Source of the DNA: Anaerolineaceae bacterium
Lineage (GTDB): Bacteria > Chloroflexota > Anaerolineae > Anaerolineales > E44-bin32
Assembly (NCBI GenBank): GCA_020350285.1
Contig: CP070708.1
Coordinates: 1,650,992-1,714,991, forward strand
Reading direction: 5' to 3'
Length of the DNA stretch: 64,000 bases
Shown here: positions 1-9,982 of the stretch, piece by piece
Numbering within the stretch: the stretch's first letter is position 1
How the letters are laid out: every line of letters begins with the position of its first letter
The notes under the pieces: model-generated
Databases searched by the model: none
What the model was told of the DNA's origin: nothing
The model's input: the letters and a program-made list of their open reading frames with translations, nothing else
Program-made: the position numbers and the translations under genes

Positions 1-709
1 GAATTTGGAGTGCGATCATGCCCTCGCTGAGACCCATCGCACGAGCGGCTTCAGGGTGAAAAATCTGATCAACAAGGTCGACCTCTATGAAGTGGTTGCC
101 AGCACCCAAGCTGCCTAATTGTGGGCGACCACGCTGCTTGGCTCGTTGACTCACGTGCGATGGATCAGCGCCCATAATCCGTCCACCTTCTTCTGTTCGC
201 TGCACATCTTCTGGACGCGCATATCCATTCTTGAGCGCCCACTCGGAGCCAAGACGACACACTTGGTCCAATTGTTTAGCACTAAGCCGAATGCTGCCCT
301 TTACCCCAACACCACTAGGGCAGTTTGCGTAAAGAGCACTGGCAAGGTCTGCCATGTGAGGTGTAACTTCCTCTTCTGAGATATTGCTGGCCAGTAATCT
401 CACTCCACAGTTGATATCATAACCAATTCCACCAGGGGAAATCACGCCATCTGGTAATCGTGTTGCTGCCACACCTCCGATAGGAAAACCATACCCTTGA
501 TGTACATCCGGCATCACGCTGACGTGACTCACAAGCCCAGGCAAGGTTGACGCGTTCACTGCTTGCTGGATTGACCGGTCACTCAGAGCTGCCTCTAGCA
601 TTCGATCATCTGCAAACACACGAACAGGGACGCGCATATCCTCTCTGAAGGTGGTAGGAATTTCCCAAAGAACTGGGCCAATTTGACGGAAATCTTGTTT
701 TCGGATCAT
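1..709 (-). CDS. rtcB: RtcB RNA 3'-phosphate/5'-OH ligase (partial, runs off window start)
   Basis: Translated by hand from ATG at 709 (SD GGAGGTG upstream): MIRKQDF...[14 protein letters not shown]...[11 protein letters not shown]...[14 protein letters not shown], the RtcB signature motifs. Not in the ORF track because it is truncated. Confidence 0.95.
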   Translation of the reverse strand, partial: MIRKQDFRQIGPVLWEIPTTFREDMRVPVRVFADDRMLEAALSDRSIQQAVNASTLPGLVSHVSVMPDVHQGYGFPIGGVAATRLPDGVISPGGIGYDINCGVRLLASNISEEEVTPHMADLASALYANCPSGVGVKGSIRLSAKQLDQVCRLGSEWALKNGYARPEDVQRTEEGGRIMGADPSHVSQRAKQRGRPQLGSLGAGNHFIEVDLVDQIFHPEAARAMGLSEGMIALQI

Positions 710-723
710 CTCACACCTCCCAT

Positions 724-1134
724 TCAAACATCGAAAACCACCGTAACCTCAAATCCGTCATCTACCTGTGTGATTTTGAGATTATGATATGTCACAGCTT
801 TGATATGTGTCTTGATCATGCCTATTGGGGCTTCATGAACCTCCGCTGTCAAGTTTGTATTACCCTCCACTGTAAGATCAAACTCTGTAAAGGTGACCTC
901 GTTCATCTCTATCAAGAATAAAAGCTCCTCTAACCAGGCGACAAGCAGGCTTTCGTCATCGGACGCTTGGAGTTTGATTCGACGCTTCCGGCTCGGGCCT
1001 GCAAGTGGTTCAATTCCAGCTAATTTCAGCATTCCAATCGCAGCGTTACAGAATAATCCTTCGAGGTTCTCGCCTCGGATTCGTAATGCCGTATCGGCAG
1101 TATGTTCAATCTCTTCGAACCTTTGTCCTTTCAT
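724..1134 (-). CDS. Archease (SHS2 fold), RtcB cofactor
   Basis: EHTAD N-terminal motif, IKAVTYH motif and C-terminal FDV; directly upstream of rtcB. Start moved to MKGQ at 1134. Confidence 0.92.
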   Translation of the reverse strand: MKGQRFEEIEHTADTALRIRGENLEGLFCNAAIGMLKLAGIEPLAGPSRKRRIKLQASDDESLLVAWLEELLFLIEMNEVTFTEFDLTVEGNTNLTAEVHEAPIGMIKTHIKAVTYHNLKITQVDDGFEVTVVFDV

Positions 1135-1140
1135 ACCACC

Positions 1141-1188
1141 AGTATAGTACGGATTCACGCTTGTCGTTCTTCAATAGAATCGTATAAT
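1141..1188. promoter_or_regulatory. Back-to-back sigma70-type promoters for archease-rtcB (-) and the FHA gene (+)
   Basis: Plus strand: TTGTCG(1161)-N16-TATAAT(1183), ATG 7 nt later. Minus strand: TATACT(1146-1141), ATG 6 nt later, no clear -35. Confidence 0.6.
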
Positions 1189-1195
1189 TTGTGGT

Positions 1196-2041
1196 ATGGA
1201 AGATCGTTTAGCTGTGCTGGAAGCAGCATTAAAGGATTCTCTCCGGAGTAGCTTAGAACAACTCCCTTGGCATACCTTCTCCGCGAGTGTAGTGTCTCGC
1301 CATCTAGCTAAGGAAATCATTGAGTGCTCTCGCAAGGATAAAGCAGGTCGTGATTTTGCACCTGATCAATATACCCTGAGCATTCATCCACGCGAGACGG
1401 GGGAGCTTCAAAGTTCACCACCTGAAGTGCAAAACCAATTGGCTTCCGATCTTCATGAGGTCTTGAAAGAAATCGGGTTCCTCATAGCAAAGGAACCGCA
1501 TATCACACTCGCTACAGATCCCACATTATCCATGGGGGAAATCCGTGTAATCGCATGGCATAGTAGTGATCCCCTCGAGTTCACGGACGAGCAAAAAGTG
1601 CCTGCGGTAGAAACCGCTGAACAACCACCGCTGAATGCATTTTTAGTCGTGGAAGGCAAGCGTCATTATCCCCTCGATAAAGACCTCGTCACTATCGGGC
1701 GTCTTCCTAACAATGACTTAATCCTCAATGACCCACATGTATCGAGGCGACATGCTCAACTGAAATCATCGGAGAACGGCTTCATCATCGAAGATCTCAA
1801 GTCGACAGCAGGCACACTTGTTAATCGCCGTCGGGTTAAACGACACCGCCTCCGTCCTGGTGATGTCATATCAATAGCCAGGGTCCAACTGATTTATGGT
1901 GAAGACCCAGGTGGCCCCCCTGAAGTAACCCCACCTTATGCGCCCCCATTCAAACCTCCCTCAGATCGTCACAAAGTTACCCCCTTGAATCTGAAGACAA
2001 TTCCTCAAGAGAATACAAGGACCTTTGATCTAAACGAGTAA
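1196..2041 (+). CDS. FhaA-like protein (DUF3662-like N-terminus plus FHA phosphothreonine-binding domain)
   Basis: IGR...VSRRHA...DLKSTAGTLVN FHA motifs; N-terminal APDQYTLSIHP segment resembles the FhaA N-domain. Confidence 0.85.
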   Translation: MEDRLAVLEAALKDSLRSSLEQLPWHTFSASVVSRHLAKEIIECSRKDKAGRDFAPDQYTLSIHPRETGELQSSPPEVQNQLASDLHEVLKEIGFLIAKEPHITLATDPTLSMGEIRVIAWHSSDPLEFTDEQKVPAVETAEQPPLNAFLVVEGKRHYPLDKDLVTIGRLPNNDLILNDPHVSRRHAQLKSSENGFIIEDLKSTAGTLVNRRRVKRHRLRPGDVISIARVQLIYGEDPGGPPEVTPPYAPPFKPPSDRHKVTPLNLKTIPQENTRTFDLNE

Positions 2042-2172
2042 GGGAGGGGGAGTCTCCTCCTCAGATACTCCATTCACATATATATCCCTCGTGCTTGAGA
2101 GCGATCTATGGGTTCATGACAAGCCTTCATACCTATGCTAAGATAACGCATCTTCAGCTCATAGGAGGCAGA

Positions 2173-3039
2173 ATGGAGCAGAAGCCTATTCTAGGTGTGA
2201 TCGGAGGCTCTGGGCTGTATAGCATAGAGGACCTGGAAAATGTCGATTCACACCAGATCGATACACCTTTCGGAAAGCCGAGTTCGCCGGTGATCATGGG
2301 TGATCTTGGTAGGCAACGGATTGCCTTTCTGGCTCGACATGGGATTGGCCATGTGCTATCCCCCTCTGAAATCAACTATCAAGCCAATATCTACGCCTTG
2401 AAATCCTTAGGGATCGACCGCATCATCTCGGTAAGCGCTTGCGGATCCTTAAGAGAAGATTATGCTCCAGGCGATATTGTTGTGCCTGATCAATTGTTCG
2501 ACCGAACCCACCGTCGTGAACGTTCCTTTTTTGGTGAAGGGCTTGTCAGCCATATCAGTGTGGGCGACCCGTTTTGTATGGATTTATCTGAACTTCTATC
2601 CAAAAGCGTCACAGCTGCTGAAGGGACTGTTCACAATGGTGGTGCGTTCATTACGATAGAAGGCCCCCGCTTTTCGACACGAGCTGAATCCAATACATAC
2701 CGAGCATGGGGGATGTCCATCATCGGCATGACCTCTTCACCGGAGGCTTTTTTGGCTCGTGAAGCGGAGATGTGCTATGCCGTGATGGCACATGTTACGG
2801 ATTATGATGTTTGGCACCTATCGGAGGAAGCTGTTACGGTGGAGATGGTCATACGCGTTCTAAAAGCGAACACTCAATTAGCTCAAAATACAATCGCCCA
2901 GCTGGTGTCATCCTTAACAGATGAACGCAGCTGTGATTGCAGAGAAGCTTTGAAGGATACCTTTATCACAAGCCCAGAGAAAGTTCCCCCAGAGACTCGC
3001 TCCAAGCTGTCTATATTTATCGACAAGTACATCACCTAA
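2173..3039 (+). CDS. mtnP: S-methyl-5'-thioadenosine phosphorylase
   Basis: GVIGGSG, LARHG, EGPRFSTRAES, GMT and TDYDVW motifs; SD AGGAGG before ATG 2173. Confidence 0.92.
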   Translation: MEQKPILGVIGGSGLYSIEDLENVDSHQIDTPFGKPSSPVIMGDLGRQRIAFLARHGIGHVLSPSEINYQANIYALKSLGIDRIISVSACGSLREDYAPGDIVVPDQLFDRTHRRERSFFGEGLVSHISVGDPFCMDLSELLSKSVTAAEGTVHNGGAFITIEGPRFSTRAESNTYRAWGMSIIGMTSSPEAFLAREAEMCYAVMAHVTDYDVWHLSEEAVTVEMVIRVLKANTQLAQNTIAQLVSSLTDERSCDCREALKDTFITSPEKVPPETRSKLSIFIDKYIT

Positions 3040-3111
3040 GGAAGGGTTGAACATTTCTTGGAACGGGATTCGCGCCTTAAATCTCGTTCCTTATGTTTGC
3101 TAGACCTTCCC

Positions 3112-3140
3112 TTGACCCACTTTTCATTCAAGGCTACAAT
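3112..3140 (+). promoter_or_regulatory. Sigma70-type promoter of the ffh operon
   Basis: TTGACC-N17-TACAAT. Confidence 0.65.
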
Positions 3141-3240
3141 GCTCGTGCCTTTCAGCATTGTGCGATATGCAATCCGCCGGACGGTCGCTAGCACAAGGAA
3201 GACCGCTCGGCGGCTTGTGTGTCACCAATGGGCTATGAAG

Positions 3241-4563
3241 ATGTTTGAGACACTAACAGATCGACTACACGGAGTTTTTCGAAACCTTAGCCGTCGAGGG
3301 AAATTACGCCCAGCAGACGTCGATAGCGCTTTAAGTGAAATTCGTCTGGCCCTGTTGGAGGCAGATGTCCACTATCAAGTGGTCAAAGGTTTCTTGGAAA
3401 CCGTTCGTGAGGAGGCGCTTGGCGAAGAGGTTTCACGAGCCTTGAACCCTGCTCAACAAGTGGTAGGAATCCTGAACCGCGAGTTGATTAGGACCCTAGG
3501 TGCACCCGCGCCTCTCACGCTTGTTGGCGAGAAACCACGTGCAATTATGTTGGTTGGCCTTCAGGGCTCAGGTAAAACCACCACCGCGGCAAAGTTAGCT
3601 CGCTGGTTGCGGGGTCGCGGCGAACGCGTCTGGATGGTGGCGGCTGATCCACGTCGTCCAGCGGCAGCTGAACAACTGAAAGTACTCGGGGATGAAATCG
3701 GCGTACCGGTATTCTTTGATCCTGAGCTTTCACCGCCGGATTTATGTTTGGTTGGTAAAACGGAGGCCGTTAAAGGCGGCGCTAGTGTGCTGATCCTGGA
3801 CACTGCCGGACGATCGCAACTCGATCAAGCGATGATGGACGAATTGAGGGAAATACGAGATGCGATCAGCCCAGTAGAGATACTGCTTGTCGCTGACGCT
3901 ATGACTGGACAGGAAGCCCTTCGTATTGCACAAGGATTCCAAGAACCTTTGGATCTCACGGGGATGATCCTAAGCAAAATGGACGGTGATGCTCGAGGCG
4001 GAGCGGCCATTTCGATGAGAGTAGTTACAGGCGTACCGATCAAGTTCATCGGAACTGGTGAGGCGAGAGACGCCCTAGAGTCCTTTGACCCCCAACGACT
4101 CGCATCACGCATCCTTGGAATGGGTGACCTCAGGGGTTTATTTGAGAAGGCTGAAAGCACACTCGATATTGAACAAGCAGGTCAACAAACTGCTCGTCTG
4201 CTAGAGGGCGAGTTCACACTGGAAGATTTCGCACAACAGTTAGAAATGATGCGGAGTATGGGACCGCTTGGCAAATTACTTGAGATGCTTCCGGCAGGCC
4301 TTGGTGGTGCTGCAATGCAGCAAGATGGTGATGTTGCAGAACGCCAACTGATCCGGACTCAGGCTATAATTCAATCGATGACACTCGTTGAGCGTAGAAA
4401 ACCTGAGCTTCTTAACGCGAGTCGTAAGAGACGTATAGCTTCAGGTTCTGGCACAACTGTACAGGAAGTTAACCAGCTAATAAAGCAGTTTAAACAAATG
4501 CGGAGGATGTTCAAAAAAGCAGGTAAGCGTGGTTTGACGGGACTACCCTTCAATCTGCGTTGA
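3241..4563 (+). CDS. ffh: Signal recognition particle protein Ffh
   Basis: MFETLTDRL start, GLQGSGKTT, DTAGR, DGDARGGAA and Met-rich M domain with SRKRRIASGSG. Confidence 0.97.
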   Translation: MFETLTDRLHGVFRNLSRRGKLRPADVDSALSEIRLALLEADVHYQVVKGFLETVREEALGEEVSRALNPAQQVVGILNRELIRTLGAPAPLTLVGEKPRAIMLVGLQGSGKTTTAAKLARWLRGRGERVWMVAADPRRPAAAEQLKVLGDEIGVPVFFDPELSPPDLCLVGKTEAVKGGASVLILDTAGRSQLDQAMMDELREIRDAISPVEILLVADAMTGQEALRIAQGFQEPLDLTGMILSKMDGDARGGAAISMRVVTGVPIKFIGTGEARDALESFDPQRLASRILGMGDLRGLFEKAESTLDIEQAGQQTARLLEGEFTLEDFAQQLEMMRSMGPLGKLLEMLPAGLGGAAMQQDGDVAERQLIRTQAIIQSMTLVERRKPELLNASRKRRIASGSGTTVQEVNQLIKQFKQMRRMFKKAGKRGLTGLPFNLR

Positions 4564-4662
4564 TCGATATTATTGAGGCTTTGTATACCCTTCTTCCGGG
4601 GACCCTCAGAAGCCTCGCACGATGAAAAAAATTACTACAAAGATAGGAGAGAAGGAAGGAAC

Positions 4663-5415
4663 ATGGTTCGGATAAGATTACGTCGGGTTGGTGCCCGACA
4701 TCAAGCAAGTTATCGTATCGTTGCTGCAGACAAGGAGAGCCCGCGGGATGGTCGCTTCCTTGAGAATCTGGGATTTTATAACCCACGAACTGAGCCATCG
4801 ACGGTCAAAATTGACGAAGCACGGCTCTTTCATTGGCTGAAACATGGCGCACAGCCATCTGACGCAGTCGTGAAAGTCCTCAAGCCACATGGAGCCTGGG
4901 AACGCTGGGAGCGCTATAAGAGTGGAGAGGACATCGACACCCTTTTGAAAGAGGCTGAAGAGGCTTACCCTGATGTAGACCCTCGAACACGGAGGGACGA
5001 TCTGGTCCAGAAACGCGCCGCGAAGAAGAAGCCAAAAAAGAAAGAAGAGACTGTTGCAGAAGCTCCGATAGAAGCGGAAGCTGCTATTGAAGAGGAACCA
5101 GAAGCCGAAGAAATCTCCCCTGCACTTAGTGAGGAGGAAGCTAAGGAGGAGATCGTGGAGGGGGAAGAGGCTGCTGAGCCAGTAGAAGCAGACGCCGCCG
5201 CGGAGATCTTAGAGGAAGAGACATCTGAGGAGACTCCTGAGGATGAGCCTGTCGAGGCCGTTTCTGCTGAAGATACCGTTGAAGCAGAGGTTGAAACGGA
5301 CGAAGAGGCGGAGACCGAGGCCGAGGTCGAGGAAACCAAGGCTGAAACTGAGGAAGAAGTAGAGGCCGAGGTCGAAGAAGCCAAGGCTGATACCTCAGAC
5401 GATGGAGAAGAATAG
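4663..5415 (+). CDS. rpsP: 30S ribosomal protein S16 with long acidic C-terminal tail
   Basis: MVRIRLRRVG...SPRDGRFLENLGFYNP...GAQPS; follows ffh. Confidence 0.96.
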   Translation: MVRIRLRRVGARHQASYRIVAADKESPRDGRFLENLGFYNPRTEPSTVKIDEARLFHWLKHGAQPSDAVVKVLKPHGAWERWERYKSGEDIDTLLKEAEEAYPDVDPRTRRDDLVQKRAAKKKPKKKEETVAEAPIEAEAAIEEEPEAEEISPALSEEEAKEEIVEGEEAAEPVEADAAAEILEEETSEETPEDEPVEAVSAEDTVEAEVETDEEAETEAEVEETKAETEEEVEAEVEEAKADTSDDGEE

Positions 5416-5549
5416 AAAACAGATAACGTATTCTCATTGAAATTGGTTACAGTCTGTGGATTGGGCGCCAATTTGATCTGTGGTTCTGTGAAGGTTGTGT
5501 CCTGGTTTCACTCGTTACAGCGCATTAGTTTTCGAAGTGTAAGGTGATC

Positions 5550-5786
5550 ATGAAGTCATTAATCGAGTTCATCGCCAAATCGCTTGTGGATGATCCAACG
5601 GAGGTCGTCGTCACAGAACGTAGCCGGCGAAAAGATGTGCTTTTGTTGTTAAGTGTCGCTGAAGAGGATATGGGGCGGGTTATTGGACGTAATGGTCGCG
5701 TGGCGAGCGCGATGCGAACGCTTTTACGTGTGGCGGCTTCCCGTCAGGGTGTCCGGTCAAGTCTTGATATTATTGAGCGAGAATGA
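5550..5786 (+). CDS. khpA: KH-domain RNA-binding protein (KhpA/YlqC)
   Basis: DMGRVIGRNG GxxG loop; conserved rpsP-khpA-rimM order. Confidence 0.9.
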   Translation: MKSLIEFIAKSLVDDPTEVVVTERSRRKDVLLLLSVAEEDMGRVIGRNGRVASAMRTLLRVAASRQGVRSSLDIIERE

Positions 5787-6331
5787 ATTCGCCCAGATCA
5801 GAAGATCAACAAGCCCGACGCCCCCCGGAATTCTTGGACGTCGGGCGTATCGTTCGTCCTCATGGGCTTAAGGGGGAGTTGGTCCTAGAGCCTTTCTCTG
5901 AGCTAGTACATATTCTAGAACCTTCGACTGAAATCCAGCTTGGATCTGAGCATAATCCTGTGATCGTTTCTGCGATCAGGCCCCACCACTCGCGCTATTT
6001 GTTGTCGATTGAAGGCTGTGAGGATCGAAACGCGGCTGAAATGTTGCGGGGCGAAGTGGTGCGTATCCGGTTCGAACAGGCGAAGCCGCTTCAAGAGGGA
6101 GTTTACTACCACTGGCAGATACTTGATCTACCCGTATTCACGAGCGAAGGCGATTTCCTTGGTACCATCGTGGAGATCCTAGAAACGGGTGCGAATGACA
6201 TCTACATGGTAAAGGATGAGCGCGGAGAGGAAATCCTCCTCCCGGCGATTAAGGACGTCATCCTGAAGGTGGATTTAGAGAGCGCGAAAATAATTGTAGA
6301 CGTACCAACGGGTCTTTTGCCGGAGGAATAA
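5783..6331 (+). CDS. rimM: 16S rRNA processing protein RimM
   Basis: GRIVRPHGLKGE, YYHWQI and ETGAND motifs. Confidence 0.95.
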   Translation: MNSPRSEDQQARRPPEFLDVGRIVRPHGLKGELVLEPFSELVHILEPSTEIQLGSEHNPVIVSAIRPHHSRYLLSIEGCEDRNAAEMLRGEVVRIRFEQAKPLQEGVYYHWQILDLPVFTSEGDFLGTIVEILETGANDIYMVKDERGEEILLPAIKDVILKVDLESAKIIVDVPTGLLPEE

Positions 6332-6465
6332 ACCAGAGGTCCCCCTCATCTCCTTGAGATTGTAGTTTCAGTAAACTCATGGCTCTAATTACCTCTAAAC
6401 TTGCTCTCTTATATCGGCTATGATAGACTTCAACCGTTCTGTTTTTAGCGTGGAAAATACCATCG

Positions 6466-6840
6466 ATGGAGAGATCACGCACCGATATGATGGTCGACCG
6501 GCTACGTGATTTACAAGCCCGTACGCCGGACATCGAAGCCTCTGCGGTAGTCAGTATGGATGGTTTAACCATGGCTTCTGCTCTCCCCGCGGAGCTTGAG
6601 GAAGACCGTGTCTCAGCTATGTCAGCGGCGATGCTCAGCCTCGGCGAGCGAATTGCTGGTGAACTGGGACGGGGGGATTTACACGAAGTCTATATTCATG
6701 GTCATGAGGGATACGTTCTGCTGACATCCATTGGAGAGGAATCAGTTCTTACCGTTTTAGCAAGAAACAAGGCCAAGCTTGGGTTGGTTTTCTTAGAGAT
6801 GCGGCGGGCCGCGGAGGATTTAGTGCATTTGGTGGGTTGA
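6466..6840 (+). CDS. Roadblock/LC7 (MglB-like) protein
   Basis: AVVSMDGL...DRVSAMSAAMLSLGER...LGRG...AKLGLVFLEMRR pattern. Confidence 0.9.
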   Translation: MERSRTDMMVDRLRDLQARTPDIEASAVVSMDGLTMASALPAELEEDRVSAMSAAMLSLGERIAGELGRGDLHEVYIHGHEGYVLLTSIGEESVLTVLARNKAKLGLVFLEMRRAAEDLVHLVG

Positions 6841-6883
6841 TGAAAATACCGCAGATAACTCATAGGATTTTGTCCTGAAATGA

Positions 6884-6918
6884 TGTGGGGAGGTCGCCGG
6901 TAGACGGCCCTCCCCACA
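6884..6918. terminator. GC-rich hairpin between the roadblock gene and pyrG (terminator, attenuator or REP-like)
   Basis: TGTGGGGAG...CTCCCCACA arms with a paired interior and a weak U tract. Confidence 0.4.
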
Positions 6919-6960
6919 GCCCTTTATAGGCAAGATAAAGTCTCCTCACTGGAGGTTGAG

Positions 6961-8613
6961 ATGAGTAAATACATATTTGTCACGGGTGGAGTTGTCAGTT
7001 CTGCGGGGAAGGGGGTAACAGCAGCAGCGATCGGTAAGCTGTTGAAAGAACGGGGTTTTGATGTCTCGATTCAGAAACTGGACCCCTATATCAATGTCGA
7101 TCCGGGAACCATGAGTCCCTATCAGCACGGTGAGGTCTTTGTCCTGGATGATGGATCGGAGACCGACCTCGATTTAGGTCATTATGAACGTTTTATTGAT
7201 ACAAGCCTGACCGCTGTGTGTAACGTGACAACGGGTCAGATCTATTCGGAGGTGATCTCCCAGGAGAGGCGGGGCGACTTCCTCGGTGGGACGATCCAAG
7301 TCATCCCGCATATCACGAACGAGATCAAACGAAGGATCGGTCTCGTTCCACAGACGATGAAGGCCGAAGTCGTGATCGTTGAAGTTGGTGGAACCGTTGG
7401 AGATATCGAATCCCTGCCCTTCCTAGAGGCTTTGCGTCAGATGCGTTCAGATATTGGGCGTGAGAATACGATGTATGTCCATGTAACTTGGTTACCTCAT
7501 ATCGGAGCGACAGGGGAGTTGAAAACCAAGCCCACACAGCACTCTGTGCGTGAATTGCGGTCGATCGGCATTCAACCAGATGTCATCATCGCTCGATCGG
7601 ACTATCCAATTCCTGAAGAACTGCGGGAGAAGATCGCTTTATTTTGTGACGTTGAACCACGGGAGGTCATCCCTCTTACAACATGCAAAATCCTCTATGA
7701 GGTACCACTCGTTTTGGAGCATGAGGGATTGGGCGAAATCTCCCTCAGTCGTTTGGGACTCATCCGACGATGCGCACCGGATTGGTCGGAGTGGGAAAAG
7801 CTGATCGCGGCGGTTGAGACCGATAAACCTAAAGTGCGTATCGCGCTGGTCGGCAAGTATGTAGAACTCCAAGACGCGTACATGAGTGTATGTCAGGCAT
7901 TACAACACGCGACCTTAGCCGTGGGGATAGAAACCGAGGTCGTTTGGCTGCACTCCACAGATTTAGAAAACGATAAGGGTTGGAAAGACCTTGAGTCAGT
8001 ACATGGCATCATCGTTCCAGGAGGGTTTGGCTCTCGAGGGATCGAGGGAAAGATTGCTGCCGCCCGATTCGCTCGCCAAAATCAGGTTCCGTATCTGGGA
8101 TTGTGCTTAGGGATGCAGGTTATGGTCATTGAATTTGGTCGACATGTATTAGGTTCAGAGAGCGTCAACTCCACCGAATTTAATCGGAGCACATCGCATC
8201 CCGTGATCGATCTGCTGCCCGAACAGGGTAGCATCACTGAGATGGGGGGGACAATGCGATTAGGTCTCTATCCATGTAAGTTGGTCCCTGGGACAATCGT
8301 TGCAGAAGCATATAACCAAGAACTCGTTCAGGAACGCCATCGCCATCGATATGAGTTCAAAAACACCTATCGTGAGATCATGGGAGAGAACGGGATGGTT
8401 TTCTCCGGTCTTTCACCCGATGACCGGCTGGTCGAGATTGTGGAGTTTGCCAATCACCCCTTCATGGTCGGATGTCAGTTTCATCCTGAATTCCTTTCAC
8501 GACCCAATAAACCTCATCCATTGTTCCGAGCGTTCATGGAAAGTGTGGTCGCCAGAGTACAGGATTTAACAGAAGAGGAATCCAAGACACTCTACGCCGA
8601 GCAATCCGGCTAA
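6961..8613 (+). CDS. pyrG: CTP synthase
   Basis: KYIFVTGGVVSS, DPGTMSPYQHGE, GLCLGMQ and QFHPEF motifs. Confidence 0.98.
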   Translation: MSKYIFVTGGVVSSAGKGVTAAAIGKLLKERGFDVSIQKLDPYINVDPGTMSPYQHGEVFVLDDGSETDLDLGHYERFIDTSLTAVCNVTTGQIYSEVISQERRGDFLGGTIQVIPHITNEIKRRIGLVPQTMKAEVVIVEVGGTVGDIESLPFLEALRQMRSDIGRENTMYVHVTWLPHIGATGELKTKPTQHSVRELRSIGIQPDVIIARSDYPIPEELREKIALFCDVEPREVIPLTTCKILYEVPLVLEHEGLGEISLSRLGLIRRCAPDWSEWEKLIAAVETDKPKVRIALVGKYVELQDAYMSVCQALQHATLAVGIETEVVWLHSTDLENDKGWKDLESVHGIIVPGGFGSRGIEGKIAAARFARQNQVPYLGLCLGMQVMVIEFGRHVLGSESVNSTEFNRSTSHPVIDLLPEQGSITEMGGTMRLGLYPCKLVPGTIVAEAYNQELVQERHRHRYEFKNTYREIMGENGMVFSGLSPDDRLVEIVEFANHPFMVGCQFHPEFLSRPNKPHPLFRAFMESVVARVQDLTEEESKTLYAEQSG

Positions 8614-8812
8614 TTGAAAAAGTGTGCGAGTTGAATATAAGTTACCCTGCAGACATCTGAGACGCTTTGAATATCGTAACAACAACAATTTGCGGCTCTA
8701 GATTTTACGAATTTAAATCGGAGAATCGTGCCCCTGTTGTGAGATTATTACTTCGGGGTTTTATCTTCGACTCGAGGGTTTAGTACGAGCCCGGTAATCA
8801 GGAGGTCATGAA

Positions 8813-9982
8813 ATGGCGCTGACACCTCGTGAACGCGTACTCTCTGCTATCAATCATGAAGAGCCTGACCGAGTCCCCATTGTGATCGGGGTCAGTAATG
8901 CAACGGGAATTAAAATGAAAACCTACCAGGGCATAAAGGAATTGGTCGGTATTGAAGCACCTGACAATTATATTTACGGATGGCCCGAATTGGGTACGGC
9001 GGAAATTGATGAAGCTACCATGCAGCGTTTACATAGTGATGTGCGCGGGGTCAGGGACAGCCATCCTCTAGAAACGTTGAAGCGTAATCAAGAACGCGAA
9101 CCGCACAGCCCTTTCATTGATTCCTGGGGCAGTGGGCAAACCGAAATCGAGCCTGGTGTGTGGTTTCCAGGGATTCACCCTCTATCCGAAGCAACCACCA
9201 TCGAAGAGATTGAGGCTTATCCTGGCTGGCCGGATATGAGTGACCCAACCCGTATCGCTCATGTTAAAGAAACAGCCCGACACCTGGCTGATCAAAACGA
9301 GTATGCCATTATGGCTACACCTTGGCTCTTATTCCCATTTGAGCGTGCCCATGCTATGCAGGGCATGGATGTCTTCTTAATGAATAGTGTCATGTACCCA
9401 GAATTTGCCAAAGCACTCTTGCATAAGATAACCGAGGTATGTAAATCACTCATGGGTCCTTTTCTCAAAGAATTAGGAGACAATGTCGATATCATCAAAA
9501 TAGGTGACGATTTGGGAACGCATGATCGTTTGATGATATCTCCTAAAATGTATAGAGAGATCCTAAAACCACTCCACGCGGACTATATACAATTCATTAA
9601 AAAACACACCAAGGCTAAAGTATTCTTTCATTCAGATGGTGACATATTCGACCTCATTGATGATTTCATTGAGATTGGTGTTGATATTCTCAATCCTATT
9701 CAAACATCAGCTGGCAAAATGAGTGATCTTCAGGGATTGAAAAAATTCTATGGTAAGAATCTAGTTTTTTGTGGCGGGATCGATACTCACCGAATACTAC
9801 CCTATGGCACACCCGAAGAAGTACGCCAGGAAGTTCGCAGAGTAATGCAGATTCTCGGACCTGGAGGTGGTTATATGGTGGCATCTGTTCACACTGTAAT
9901 GGAAGATGTGCCCCCCGAGAATGTGCTAGCCATGGTTGATGCTGTGGAAGAAATAGGAAAATACCCGCTGCACCAAGAATAA
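8813..9982 (+). CDS. URO-D / MtaA-CmuA-like corrinoid methyltransferase superfamily protein
   Basis: TPRERV...EPDRVP, GDDLG, HSDG, GGID...L..GTPEEV and GGGY motifs. Confidence 0.85.
   Translation: MALTPRERVLSAINHEEPDRVPIVIGVSNATGIKMKTYQGIKELVGIEAPDNYIYGWPELGTAEIDEATMQRLHSDVRGVRDSHPLETLKRNQEREPHSPFIDSWGSGQTEIEPGVWFPGIHPLSEATTIEEIEAYPGWPDMSDPTRIAHVKETARHLADQNEYAIMATPWLLFPFERAHAMQGMDVFLMNSVMYPEFAKALLHKITEVCKSLMGPFLKELGDNVDIIKIGDDLGTHDRLMISPKMYREILKPLHADYIQFIKKHTKAKVFFHSDGDIFDLIDDFIEIGVDILNPIQTSAGKMSDLQGLKKFYGKNLVFCGGIDTHRILPYGTPEEVRQEVRRVMQILGPGGGYMVASVHTVMEDVPPENVLAMVDAVEEIGKYPLHQE

Noticed and set aside
3169..3218. SRP (4.5S) RNA gene
   Set aside because: Lacks the CAGG...GNRA...AGCAG helix-8 consensus; kept only as a leader candidate.
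4965..5471. Ser-rich 168-aa minus-strand ORF
   Set aside because: Antisense shadow of the Glu/Ala-rich S16 tail.
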